Of a stretch of 64,000 nucleotides of DNA, positions 31,806 to 42,142 are shown in pieces. The translations under genes were made by a program, and so were the position numbers. Below the pieces are notes generated by a model. It saw only the letters and a program-made list of their open reading frames with translations. It made no database searches and had not been told where the DNA came from. Within the stretch, counting starts at the first letter, position 1. The number at the start of each line of letters is the position of its first letter. Source of the DNA: Thermodesulfobacteriota bacterium (GTDB lineage Bacteria > Desulfobacterota > Desulfarculia > JACQYL01); assembly GCA_963675595.2 (NCBI GenBank), contig CAXXLZ010000001.1:736001-800000 (forward strand). Reading direction: 5' to 3'.

Positions 31806-33137
31806 TTGAAAGAGTGGGCAATCATTTTGATCGCAGCGATTTTGTTCATACCCGCATTGCAGGGGTCCGTCCTTGCAGATCGGCGAGACTTGACCGTGAC
31901 GCCGGAGGAGGTGGGTTTGTCATCTGAGCGCTTGGCCAACGTGGAAAGGCTGATGAACCGGCACATTGAAGAGAAGAAACTGGCCGGCGGCGTGGTCTTG
32001 ATTGCACGAAAAGGGAAAATTGCCTATTTCAAGGCCTTCGGTCGATCGGACACGGATCGGCCGATGAACAAGGACACGCTGTTTCGCATTGCCTCCATGA
32101 CCAAACCGATCACCAGTGTTGCGGTGATGCAACTTTACGAGCGGGGATATATCCTTCTGACCGATCCCGTCTCCAAGTACATCCCGGAATTCAAAGCCCC
32201 GAAAGTTCTGGTCATGTTTCCCAAAGGATCGGTCCCTCCCTACGAGTTGGTGCCGGCCAAGCGCGAGATTACCATACGGGACCTGCTCAACCACACATCG
32301 GGGTTGACCTACCGTTTCCTGGCCGATTGGTTTCCTGATCCCATCCACTTGCAGATGGCCGAATTCTATAAGGAGGCGGGTGTGTCGGACGGCCTCGACG
32401 AACCCGAAGGGACGGTAGGCGAAACGGTCGTAAAGCTTGCCAGGCTTCCGTTGGCCTTTCATCCCGGGGAAGCCTGGGAATACAGCAACTCAGGAGACGT
32501 TTTAGGATACTTGGTGGAAGTCGTCACCGGCATGACTCTGAAGGAGTATATGGATACCTACCTATTCAAGCCCATGGGCATGCACGATACCTACTTCTAT
32601 CCGCCGGCGGCTCGGCAAAAGGACATCTCCGCGCTTTGGACGACCGACTGGAAAGGCAATCTGGAAAAGGTCACCGGGCCCATGAGCATGGGACATCTCA
32701 GGTTTTCGCCGAATTATCCGGAAGGAGGTGTCTACTTCTCCGGAGGCAGTGGGCTGTTGTCCACCGCCCATGATTACTTCCAATTCTGCCAAATGATGCT
32801 CAATAAGGGCGAAATAGACGGCAAACGTATTTTAAGTCGAAAGACGGTGGAATTGATGACCGCCACCAACCAAATCGGCGAGTTTGATTCATACCTGATT
32901 CACGGGAAAGGCTGGAAGTTCGGTCTGGGATTTTCCATCCAGATGGATCGAAATCATGAGATCGACAGCGGAGGTCCGGGGGTCTTTGAGTGGGCGGGAC
33001 TTCATTCCACGCGGTTTTCCGTCGATCCGGCGGAGGACAGGATCACGATTTTCCTTCACCAGCATGAGCCGTTTTTCCATCACGTTCCCTTGTGGGAACG
33101 GATATTGGCGATATCCACTTCCGCCATTGCGGATTGA
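31806..33137 (+). CDS. Exported serine hydrolase, beta-lactamase class C/EstB family
   Basis: TTG start after GGAGGAGG; signal peptide; FRIASMTK (SxxK), LLNHTSGL, PGEAWEYSN, WAG. Confidence 0.9.
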   Translation: MKEWAIILIAAILFIPALQGSVLADRRDLTVTPEEVGLSSERLANVERLMNRHIEEKKLAGGVVLIARKGKIAYFKAFGRSDTDRPMNKDTLFRIASMTKPITSVAVMQLYERGYILLTDPVSKYIPEFKAPKVLVMFPKGSVPPYELVPAKREITIRDLLNHTSGLTYRFLADWFPDPIHLQMAEFYKEAGVSDGLDEPEGTVGETVVKLARLPLAFHPGEAWEYSNSGDVLGYLVEVVTGMTLKEYMDTYLFKPMGMHDTYFYPPAARQKDISALWTTDWKGNLEKVTGPMSMGHLRFSPNYPEGGVYFSGGSGLLSTAHDYFQFCQMMLNKGEIDGKRILSRKTVELMTATNQIGEFDSYLIHGKGWKFGLGFSIQMDRNHEIDSGGPGVFEWAGLHSTRFSVDPAEDRITIFLHQHEPFFHHVPLWERILAISTSAIAD

Positions 33138-33189
33138 TCACCACGTCCGGGCGATACTGCGGTCTGTGCGTCGAGAGGAGAACTATCCC

Positions 33190-34074
33190 ATGAAACCGAT
33201 ATTCGGGATCGGAAGAATCCGAAACGTGGCGTTGCTGATTACGATGTGTCTGGTCTTTGTTCTTCCGGCGTGGGCCACGGCACCGCGTTTCGCGCCGGAA
33301 TGGTTCCAGAAGGACGTGGAAAGCCTCCCTGTTGTAGTCGCCCACGAGTATCCTCCCTATCGATCCGTGTCCATCGGTGGGAAGGGACCTCATGCACGAA
33401 TCGTCTCGGCCGTATTCGCCGTGGCGGGTGAGGACGTGGATCTGGTGGTGCAACCCGCCAGGAGCCTCATGATCTACGCGCTTTCACAGGAGGAAACAGC
33501 GGCGGTCGTCGGCGAAGAGGCCGATTTCGAAGGTGTTTCCAGGAAACAACTCGTATTTGTTCCCTTCCATATCAAAGAGGCCCGGTACTTCCGCTATCGG
33601 CCCAATCACGGTGGAGGGTCGAATTGGGACGGAAAGCTCGAGAACATGAGAGGGACCGTTTTGGGCTTGGAAGGCCCCACGGATGTCCGGGTCTGGGAGA
33701 AAGCGGGCATCTCCGTAGCGTTGGGCGCGCTGCCGGCTTTGCTGGAGCGCTTAGTGGCCGGTGAAATCGATATCCTGGGCGCGGACGCGGAGAGGACCGA
33801 GTGGTTAATCCGAAAGCGGATGCCGGGAAAGGAGAAACAATTCGTCGCCATGGAAATCCCGGCATGGGACTCCTTTTCATATGTGGTGTTCAATACGAAC
33901 CTTGGAACCGGCGAGTCGTTGGCGGCCCGATTCGTGGATGCTCTGAAGCGGCTGCTTCGGGACGGCGGCTATGATCTGATTCTGCAAAACGCCGGTTCGC
34001 GTCAAGCTCTATCAGACATGCAGCGAAAGAAATTGATCCAACGTCTTGACTCTCTCAAGATACCGGATAACTGA
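33190..34074 (+). CDS. Periplasmic substrate-binding protein (family 3-like), putative sensor input
   Basis: GAGGAG RBS, signal peptide, EYPPY motif, L..L..G.ID and ALKRL..DGGY..IL. Confidence 0.75.
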   Translation: MKPIFGIGRIRNVALLITMCLVFVLPAWATAPRFAPEWFQKDVESLPVVVAHEYPPYRSVSIGGKGPHARIVSAVFAVAGEDVDLVVQPARSLMIYALSQEETAAVVGEEADFEGVSRKQLVFVPFHIKEARYFRYRPNHGGGSNWDGKLENMRGTVLGLEGPTDVRVWEKAGISVALGALPALLERLVAGEIDILGADAERTEWLIRKRMPGKEKQFVAMEIPAWDSFSYVVFNTNLGTGESLAARFVDALKRLLRDGGYDLILQNAGSRQALSDMQRKKLIQRLDSLKIPDN

Positions 34075-34078
34075 TACC

Positions 34079-35068
34079 GTGTTTCGTGTCAAAACGCGGA
34101 ATTACGGGCAAACCGGTTGTCGGCTTCGGCGGGAGTCGGGTCTGCGGGCAACTGCCGAGAATTCGATAAAGCCGATTCGGCGGGCGAAGGGGGCTCGTAT
34201 TCTTATCAGGGCATTTCTTCCATTTACGGTTTTGGCCTTGTTCGCCTGCCATTCTCCGGCTTGGAGCGCTCCCACGGCACGAGGCATCCCGACCGTGGAG
34301 CTCGGTTCTTCGGAAACCCCGCCTTTTTGGTCTGCCGATTTGCCCGGAAACGGAATGGGCGGTGAAATCCTGCATGCCATATCCCGCCATGGCGGCATCG
34401 AATCCATTATCGTCTTTTTCCCGACCAAACGACTGATTCGGATGAAAACCGGAAATCACCTGGGCGACCCCGAGCACTGGCCTGAGCAGAAGTTCGTTGC
34501 CGTTATTCCCATCGCCACGTTTCGATCATCCTTCTATTACTACCGGCCCAACCACAAGAAGGGCATCGTTTTTTCGGGACTGAGCGACCTGAGGGGTTAC
34601 ACCATCGGGGTGATCAAAAGGAGCATCGAGGATTTGTCCTTTTTCGAGTCGAACGGTATTCACATCGAAGAGAGTTACAAGCAGGAATCTTTGTTCAAAA
34701 AACTCCGACTGGGACGGATCGATTTGTGCGGGATGGTGGATCTTTCAGGGATATTGATCATCAGAAAACTGTTTCCGGATGAGATCGATCAGTTCGCGAG
34801 AATTCCCCTGCCTCGATCCGTGAGTGCGATTTCCATTATGATCGACGCCGAATATCCCAATGCCGCCGAAATTGCGGGCAAGTATAGAGACGGACTGGAG
34901 GCGATCCTGGCCAATGGAACGTACTCGGCGATTTTGGAGAAATACTACGGCCCGGAACATGTTCCGAAAGATTGGTTCGTTCAACTTCTGAAGTTCAGGA
35001 CCCGATACGAAAAACGAAGCGTTCCCATAACCCACAGCCCCCGACGTGTTGATGAAATTCCTCATTAA
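34079..35068 (+). CDS. Periplasmic substrate-binding protein (family 3-like); start uncertain
   Basis: ETPPF, DLRGYTIGV, KLRLGRID, ILANGTYSAILEKY; signal-like segment near 34200-34270. Confidence 0.75.
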   Translation: MFRVKTRNYGQTGCRLRRESGLRATAENSIKPIRRAKGARILIRAFLPFTVLALFACHSPAWSAPTARGIPTVELGSSETPPFWSADLPGNGMGGEILHAISRHGGIESIIVFFPTKRLIRMKTGNHLGDPEHWPEQKFVAVIPIATFRSSFYYYRPNHKKGIVFSGLSDLRGYTIGVIKRSIEDLSFFESNGIHIEESYKQESLFKKLRLGRIDLCGMVDLSGILIIRKLFPDEIDQFARIPLPRSVSAISIMIDAEYPNAAEIAGKYRDGLEAILANGTYSAILEKYYGPEHVPKDWFVQLLKFRTRYEKRSVPITHSPRRVDEIPH

Positions 35069-38000
35069 GAAGGGCATCCAAACGAAAATGGCGTTCCTGT
35101 TGATCGCCGTTATTACCGTTGTGCTCGCTTTTTTTGGGGTCTATCAGTACCTCGATATCCGGAATTCCCGCACCAGGGAGTTAAACGAACTCGCGGATTT
35201 CACGATCCGGAGGCTGGCCGAAAATCTGGTTATCCCCCTGTGGGAGGTGGATGAGCAGTGGGTGGAAGACATTATCGTCACAGAAATGTCGGACAAACGG
35301 ATTTACGCAATCTCCGTCACCGGTGAGGGCAACTTATCCGAGGCATTGAAGCGTGACAAGGCCGGGGGGATGGAAGCGCTCACCGAAGCCTTGGGCGATG
35401 GGTTCATTTCACGCCGCAGGGGGGTGCTGAAAGACAACGAACGCATTGGTTCCGTGGAGCTTTTCGTTACGCAGCGCTATATGGTGGAAGCCCTGAATCG
35501 TGAAATCGTCAAGATTATGCTGACGGTTCTGGTGCTCAATCTCATCCTCTTGGTCGCATTCTCCATAACGCTCAGAAGAACCATAACTTATCCGGTACAC
35601 CGTATTCTGAACATTGCCAACGCGATCGCGGGAGGAGATTTCAGCCGGCGTATCGATATCCGTACGGACGATGAAATCGGCCGTCTGGCGGAAGCCATCA
35701 ACGTTATGACTCGCTATCTGAAAGAAAGCTTTGAAGCGCTTCAGATCAAGAACATGGAACTCACACGACTGGACGAACTCAAGGACGAGTTCCTGGCCAA
35801 CACTTCCCACGAGCTCAGAACGCCCTTGAACGGCATTATCGGTATCGCCGATTCTCTCATCGACGGGGCTGCCGGACCATTGCCCGCAGAAGCGCGGAAG
35901 AATTTGGAGTTGATCGTCGCAGGCGGTCGGAGGTTGGCGAACCTGGTCAATGACATTCTCGACTTCTCGAAACTCAGGAACAAGGACCTAGTACTCAACA
36001 AGAAGCCCGTGGATATTCACGGGCTCACCAATGTGGTGATTTCCCTGTATCTCCCCCTGATTGAAAGTGGATCCGTGACCATTGTGAACTCCATTACCGA
36101 AAACACTACCTTTGTCTATGCCGATGAGAACCGGTTGTACCAAATAATGACGAACCTTTTAGACAATGCCGTCAAGTTTACGGAAAAAGGCACGATCACC
36201 GTTTCCGCGGAGCAAGAAGGCGACAAACTGGAGATCGTGGTGGCGGACACGGGAATCGGCATTCCCGAGAACCGGCTGGAGGCGATTTTCGAGGCCTTTG
36301 AGCAGGCCGACGGTTCCGTTGAACGGGAATACGGAGGCACCGGGCTCGGCCTATCCGTCACCAAGAGCTTGGTGGAACTCCATGGCGGCGACATCCGGGT
36401 GACTTCAAAGGTGGGAGAAGGCTCCTCCTTTGCGTTCACTTTGGACATTGCCGATTCCACCGGCGCAGATGCTCCGCGCACCGATGGGCCGCCCGTCATT
36501 ACCATGGAATCGGAGCAACGCCCCGTGGTAGGAGGGGAAGCTCGAGAACCGTGCCGGAAGACGTCCGAAGTCCGGCCGAACGATGCGCTTACAGGGATTT
36601 CAGACGCGAGGACACGAATCTTGGCCGTAGACGACGAGCCGGTCAACCTCAAGGTGATTCAAAACAATCTCGAGCTGACCGGGTTTTCCGTGTACACCGC
36701 AAATTCCGGCTTACAGGCCCTGGAAATGTGTGATGCCGTCCGGCCTGATTTGATTCTGCTGGATGTCATGATGCCCAGGCTCAACGGGTTTGAAACGGCG
36801 AGACGAATACGAATCAAATATCCCAAAGAAGTGCTTCCCATCATTTTTCTGACGGCGAAAGACCAAGTCAAAGACCTTATGGACGGCTTCGTGGTCGGCG
36901 GAAACGACTACATCATCAAACCCATATCCAAGAACGAGATTCTGGCGCGCATCGGTTTTCATCTGGACTTGAGGCGATCCCAACGGCGGCTGCAGGCGGC
37001 TGAGGAAAGCTACCGCAACTTGTTCAATGGGGCCCACGAAGGCATATTCCAAGCGGATCCGGACGGGCGCCTGATCAACGCCAACCCTTCCCTGATGGAT
37101 ATCCTGGGTTATGATGTCTCCGAGTCCATGGACTTTTCGAACATTAGTCTTCTTGAGCAGTGCTTTCCCGATCCGGAGGCGCGGGACGCCTTCCTTTCCG
37201 AATTGGCGAATGAAAGAGCCGTGATCGATTTTGAAGGCAAAGCCCAGCGTCGATCCGAGGATGAATTTTGGTTCTCCATTTCGGCCCATGTCGTGCAAGG
37301 TCAAACCGGAGAAATCGTTCGATTCGAAGGGTCGCTGGTGGACATTACCGAGCGTAAACGCAAAGAGCAGGTGGAAAGAGAAAAGGAGGCGGCGGAAGCC
37401 GCGAATCGAACCAAAGGTGCCTTCTTGGCCAACATGAGCCATGAGCTGAGAACCCCGTTGAATGCCATATTGGGATATTCACAGATATTGCAGCGAGCGA
37501 CCGGCTTGAATGAAGACCAGCAAGAAGGGGTTGCCATTGTGAAGGAGAGCGCGCGGCACCTGCTCACCCTGATCAACGATATTCTGGAGTTTTCCAAGAT
37601 CGAGGCCGGCAAACTGGTTTTGGCACCCGGGGAGATGGATCTTCATGAGTTCGTCGACGGCGTTGGCGGCTTTATGAGACTGAGCGCTCAACGGAAAGAG
37701 CTGCGGTTCGATATCGAAACGACGCCTGATACGCCACGATTCATCGTTGCCGATGAAAAACGTTTGCGTCAGGTTGTGCTCAACCTGATCGGCAATGCCG
37801 TCAAGTTCACGGAATCCGGTCGTGTTATATTTCGAGTGGAAACTATGGTACGTTCCGGGTGGGGTGAAGAGAAGTATGTGGCGCTTCGGTTCGAGGTGGA
37901 AGACACGGGGGTCGGTATCTCGAAGGACCAACTTGCCATAATTTTCAAACCGTTCGAGCAGGTGGGCGACGAACGCAGCAAAGCCTCGGGAACCGGGCTG

Positions 38001-38447
38001 GGCCTGGCCATCAGTCGCCGATTGGTCCGGTTGATGGGGGGCGATATTACCGTGACCAGCGTTCCAAACCAAGGGAGCTGCTTTTCTTTCGAGATCGTTG
38101 TCCCTGTCGCACACTCTGAAAGGGTTGTCCGAGGGGCTCAGGTCGCCGGAGGCAACGGGTATGAAGGACCGCGGCGAAAAATCACCGCGGCCCCGGAGGG
38201 ATGCCCTGATCTTCCCCCGGCTTCTTCACCCGAAATTATCCCGCCGCCTGAAGTGGATCTGGAAGCTATTCATGAGTTGGCCCTATTGGGAAAGATGCGG
38301 CCGATTCGTCGAAAGGCGGATCAGCTCAGGGAGACGGACCGTGCTTACGGAGCGTTTGCGGACCGATTGGACGAAATGGCCAAGGCGTTTGAAGACAAGC
38401 AGATCGTCCAATTCGTGGAGTCCTATATGAGGAAGGAGTCGTCATGA
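35052..38447 (+). CDS. Membrane hybrid sensor kinase: TM-HAMP-HisKA-HATPase-REC-PAS-HisKA-HATPase
   Basis: Two H-boxes (NTSHELRTPL, NMSHELRTPL), two N/G boxes (GGTGLGL, SGTGLGL), REC (VDDE, LLDVMMP), PAS. Confidence 0.93.
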   Translation: MKFLIKKGIQTKMAFLLIAVITVVLAFFGVYQYLDIRNSRTRELNELADFTIRRLAENLVIPLWEVDEQWVEDIIVTEMSDKRIYAISVTGEGNLSEALKRDKAGGMEALTEALGDGFISRRRGVLKDNERIGSVELFVTQRYMVEALNREIVKIMLTVLVLNLILLVAFSITLRRTITYPVHRILNIANAIAGGDFSRRIDIRTDDEIGRLAEAINVMTRYLKESFEALQIKNMELTRLDELKDEFLANTSHELRTPLNGIIGIADSLIDGAAGPLPAEARKNLELIVAGGRRLANLVNDILDFSKLRNKDLVLNKKPVDIHGLTNVVISLYLPLIESGSVTIVNSITENTTFVYADENRLYQIMTNLLDNAVKFTEKGTITVSAEQEGDKLEIVVADTGIGIPENRLEAIFEAFEQADGSVEREYGGTGLGLSVTKSLVELHGGDIRVTSKVGEGSSFAFTLDIADSTGADAPRTDGPPVITMESEQRPVVGGEAREPCRKTSEVRPNDALTGISDARTRILAVDDEPVNLKVIQNNLELTGFSVYTANSGLQALEMCDAVRPDLILLDVMMPRLNGFETARRIRIKYPKEVLPIIFLTAKDQVKDLMDGFVVGGNDYIIKPISKNEILARIGFHLDLRRSQRRLQAAEESYRNLFNGAHEGIFQADPDGRLINANPSLMDILGYDVSESMDFSNISLLEQCFPDPEARDAFLSELANERAVIDFEGKAQRRSEDEFWFSISAHVVQGQTGEIVRFEGSLVDITERKRKEQVEREKEAAEAANRTKGAFLANMSHELRTPLNAILGYSQILQRATGLNEDQQEGVAIVKESARHLLTLINDILEFSKIEAGKLVLAPGEMDLHEFVDGVGGFMRLSAQRKELRFDIETTPDTPRFIVADEKRLRQVVLNLIGNAVKFTESGRVIFRVETMVRSGWGEEKYVALRFEVEDTGVGISKDQLAIIFKPFEQVGDERSKASGTGLGLAISRRLVRLMGGDITVTSVPNQGSCFSFEIVVPVAHSERVVRGAQVAGGNGYEGPRRKITAAPEGCPDLPPASSPEIIPPPEVDLEAIHELALLGKMRPIRRKADQLRETDRAYGAFADRLDEMAKAFEDKQIVQFVESYMRKESS

Positions 38448-39079
38448 GCGAAGCCGAGGGAGGATCTCCGGTTATCCTTGTGATCGACGACAATCCAACC
38501 AACCTGGGTTTGATCACCCGGCATTTAGAGGACGGATCGTTTGAGGTCATGATTGCACGCGACGGGGAAGACGGCATCGCCAAAGCCTCTCACGGCCGAC
38601 CGGACCTGATACTCCTTGACGTGATGATGCCCGGTATCGATGGATTTGAAACTTGTAGAAGATTGAAAAGCGATTCCCAAACCAGGGAAATTCCCGTGCT
38701 GTTCATGACCGCCATGGACGGCGTCGAAGACAAGCTCAAAGGGTTCGAAGCGGGAGGAGTGGATTACATTGTCAAACCGATCAACGAGTACGAAACCATC
38801 GCGCGCATCAACATCCATCTCAAGATTCGAAGATTGCAGAAAGACCTTGAGGAGAAGAACCGTCGCCTCCAACAGGCTCTGGACGAGGTAAAACAACTCC
38901 AAGGCATCCTTCCGATTTGTTCCAACTGCAAGAAAATCAGAGACGATAATGGGAACTGGCACCAAATTGAAACCTACATCAGGAAGCATTCCGAAGCGCA
39001 ATTCAGTCACGGGCTTTGCAGGGAATGCGCAAAGGAGCTTTATCCCGACCTGGATATTTTCGAGGATTGGACGGATTGA
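38444..39079 (+). CDS. Response regulator with C-terminal Cys/His tail
   Basis: VIDDNP, LLDVMMP, KP; tail PICSNCKKIRDD...SHGLCREC. Confidence 0.92.
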   Translation: MSEAEGGSPVILVIDDNPTNLGLITRHLEDGSFEVMIARDGEDGIAKASHGRPDLILLDVMMPGIDGFETCRRLKSDSQTREIPVLFMTAMDGVEDKLKGFEAGGVDYIVKPINEYETIARINIHLKIRRLQKDLEEKNRRLQQALDEVKQLQGILPICSNCKKIRDDNGNWHQIETYIRKHSEAQFSHGLCRECAKELYPDLDIFEDWTD

Positions 39080-39145
39080 AGCGGCATTGCACCAATTTTC
39101 CGTCTCGCTGATGAATCGGATCACCCCCGTCTTATTTCTTTGAGA

Positions 39146-42142
39146 CTATGAGGCGTTCTCCGTCTCCTCGCCCACGACAATGGAGAATTCCTTCTTCGTC
39201 GTGTTGCCGGCGCTGTCCACCGCCGTCACCGTGATAAGGTACGTGCCGGATTCGAAATGGACCGTGATCTTTCCGCCCCTGCCCATGAACTGCCTCTGCT
39301 TGCCCAGAAACCACAGAATTTGGTCGTCCGCCAAACGGCCGTCCTCAAGGTCCGAACCGTGGGCCTCGAAGGTCACCGGGCCCGGCGGCAGCGTCCGATC
39401 GAGTTCGGCTTCCCCTCCCGCATAAACCCGATACTGGTTCGGATTTTCTTCCGCCACGTCCGTTTGGGGAGAAAGGTCGGGACGTATGAGGGCTATGGTG
39501 GGCGGTTTGTCTTTCACGGTCAGGCTGCCCGGGGAATAGGCGGAAACCGTGTGAAACCCGTCGGTGGCCATGATTTTGAACCTGCCTGTAGTGCCGCCGG
39601 GGAGCCTATCCATATTGACTTCGTAGGAATCGCCCTGAACATCCCAGGCCACCGGAATCCAATTGGACTTCACCTTGGAGGAGGCCGCGACATTCGGATT
39701 GTAAAGGATCACGTAGGTCAACGGGTCGTCGTCCTGGTCCTTGGACTGCCAGACCAGTTTTTGGGTGCCGTTCCATTCCATATCCCCTCGAGGCTCGGTG
39801 ACGGCGACCTTGGGGCGATGCTTCGAAACGATGATCTGGTCCAGAACCTCCTTGTCCTTGCGCACGACGATACGATCGGGGGTCCCTTTGGCGGGCAAAG
39901 CGAAACGGAAATACACAGTATCCAACGGTGAGCCTTCGCTGTCCACAAAAATCGGCGTAAAAGGAACGGTGAGACTCCTTCTGCCGCCGGGATACTGGAA
40001 TTCCAGGATGTACTCTCCTTTGGAGTCGGGTTCGACGCTCGGAAGGCCCGATAATCTCATGACCGGGTTGAGCTGCACCAATCCCTGCCTATTCATCCGA
40101 CCGGATACGTAGTAGATCATGCGCATCCGTCCCGATCCGGGAAAGCCGGAGGGGTCGGGCTCGAATACGTCGAACATGCGTGTCCAACGGTAGGGCGAGG
40201 TCCAGGCTTGGGGATGGACGTACTTGAGGTGCACGCCGTCGAGTTGAATGGCCGTCAGGTAGGACATGATTTCGGGCCAGTACGGCGGGATTACGGTGAA
40301 TCGGCGTTCGTAGAAGCTGAGGCCCAGGATATCGTATCCATTGACCCAGGGAGGGCGGGTATCGAAGCCGAATTCGCGAATGTGAAATTCGGCATAGGGG
40401 GCTTCGACTCCGCCTTCGCTTTCCTCGTAAAGACGCACCCATTCCGGGTCCACGGTGCCCTCCCCGACAGTGCCGCCGGGGACGTGTTGAGCCCAGGTTT
40501 CCGGGTCGCCGATGTTGTGGTTGATTTCATGGGCCATATTGGTCGGGTTGTACAGATAGGTACCGTCCGCCCCTTCAACGAAGGTGCCGCCCCCCGCCAC
40601 GTGTCCGCATCCGGGGGTGGTGCATAAGGGGCTTTGAGTGGCCGCCTGGGCGAGATCCGCCGTAACGGTGTAGCCGTAGATCTGCTCGGGCATGGGGTCC
40701 ACGTCCAGGGCCGTCAGAAGGTCATAATACATAATGAGATTTTCGAGAATATCGTTGCGCAGGATCGCTCCGGTCACGACTCCCGGTGCGATGTCGAAGG
40801 GCGGGTATTCCCATCGCTCGAAATTCACGTCCGGCACGGGGTAAATCGTCTTCAAGTAACTTTCGGCGGCCGCGAGATGGGTTTCGTCCACCTGGACCGG
40901 AGCCTCCCAAGAGCCCTCATTGATGGGGATCGTCACGTAGTAGGGCGTCTTGCGTGGAACGAAAAATACCTCCGCGGATCGGGACTCGATTTCCTGATCC
41001 GCATACCGTGCTTTGGCGTAGAAGATCACATTGTCCGGCTTGATCCATTCATCGGGCAGCGCGAAGTTGGCCGTGTGAAGTAGATTGTCTCGTCCCTTCC
41101 GGATTCCATACCGGGCCTCCTCGGAGAAGGGGTCTACGAAGAACCGCAACGGAAATTCGAAATCCGGGTGCGCCCAGAACTCTGCGGAAAGAGGGGAGCC
41201 GGGCAGGTCTCTCCCGTCTCTGGTCCCGTATAAGGATACGGTGACCATTTGAGGGGAATCGTCCTCCCGTACCTCCACGTAAACTCGCACCGCGGTATCC
41301 TTGCGGGCGACCAACGGCAGGGAGTTGTCACGGTGCTGGACGGCCTGGGTGACCTCCAGGGGATCGTTGATGATCCCGTCCCCGTTGTCGTCCGTGTTTT
41401 CTTGGTCGAATTGAATCACCGCGCCCCCCGTGTTGGCCACGGCCGGCACGGTCACCAATTGGATGTCCAGCATGTCGGCGAAACCGCCCTCAGGGAAACG
41501 CTCTTCAAAAGCGGGCACGTTCGAATGCACACGGACACTGAGCAGAACGTGCTCCGTGGGCAGAAACACGTTGGGATCGGCGCCGATCTCTTCCAGGTCG
41601 ATGGCCATCTCCCAAACCCGATGGTTGAAACATTCCGACGATGAGGGCGGGTCGAGCGGCACTTCCGTGGCATCATCCGCAAAACATCCGAAGCCGGCGG
41701 CCAGACTGGAATAGATGGGGGTGTCGCGCAGGGGGGCGCGAACGCCGCTGTCGGAAAGGTAGTATTGGATGCGCAGTTCGCGGGAATTGTTCCAGAGCGT
41801 GTAGATCAGGTCCACTCCGGGTGTAAAATCGCCGTTTTCATCGACATCCACGACCACCTCGATCCAGTCACCCTCGGACGAGCTTGATCTTGGATTGTCA
41901 ATGTCGTCTTCGAGCACGTCCACAAGGAGGTACAAGCGCATACGATCATTCACCGCGGTGACGAACCCGTGGTCAAAGTCGATGCTGTTGGTTGCGATGG
42001 GCCACTCACCAAAATCGATTCGGCCGTCGATCACCGGGGGTCCCACAGCGCGGCCCGCCAAGAGGTCCAGAGCGTATGCATTCGAGAACCCCCAACCCCC
42101 CAAGGCGATCAACACCGTGACGACCCTAAGCACCGATTTCAT
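39146..42142 (-). CDS. Large secreted multidomain protein, putative zinc metallopeptidase
   Basis: Signal peptide (AYA), N-terminal PPVIDG..EW (CBM9/DOMON-like), AHEINH (HEXXH), C-terminal Ig-like modules (DQDDD, SDLEDG). Confidence 0.7.
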   Translation of the reverse strand: MKSVLRVVTVLIALGGWGFSNAYALDLLAGRAVGPPVIDGRIDFGEWPIATNSIDFDHGFVTAVNDRMRLYLLVDVLEDDIDNPRSSSSEGDWIEVVVDVDENGDFTPGVDLIYTLWNNSRELRIQYYLSDSGVRAPLRDTPIYSSLAAGFGCFADDATEVPLDPPSSSECFNHRVWEMAIDLEEIGADPNVFLPTEHVLLSVRVHSNVPAFEERFPEGGFADMLDIQLVTVPAVANTGGAVIQFDQENTDDNGDGIINDPLEVTQAVQHRDNSLPLVARKDTAVRVYVEVREDDSPQMVTVSLYGTRDGRDLPGSPLSAEFWAHPDFEFPLRFFVDPFSEEARYGIRKGRDNLLHTANFALPDEWIKPDNVIFYAKARYADQEIESRSAEVFFVPRKTPYYVTIPINEGSWEAPVQVDETHLAAAESYLKTIYPVPDVNFERWEYPPFDIAPGVVTGAILRNDILENLIMYYDLLTALDVDPMPEQIYGYTVTADLAQAATQSPLCTTPGCGHVAGGGTFVEGADGTYLYNPTNMAHEINHNIGDPETWAQHVPGGTVGEGTVDPEWVRLYEESEGGVEAPYAEFHIREFGFDTRPPWVNGYDILGLSFYERRFTVIPPYWPEIMSYLTAIQLDGVHLKYVHPQAWTSPYRWTRMFDVFEPDPSGFPGSGRMRMIYYVSGRMNRQGLVQLNPVMRLSGLPSVEPDSKGEYILEFQYPGGRRSLTVPFTPIFVDSEGSPLDTVYFRFALPAKGTPDRIVVRKDKEVLDQIIVSKHRPKVAVTEPRGDMEWNGTQKLVWQSKDQDDDPLTYVILYNPNVAASSKVKSNWIPVAWDVQGDSYEVNMDRLPGGTTGRFKIMATDGFHTVSAYSPGSLTVKDKPPTIALIRPDLSPQTDVAEENPNQYRVYAGGEAELDRTLPPGPVTFEAHGSDLEDGRLADDQILWFLGKQRQFMGRGGKITVHFESGTYLITVTAVDSAGNTTKKEFSIVVGEETENAS

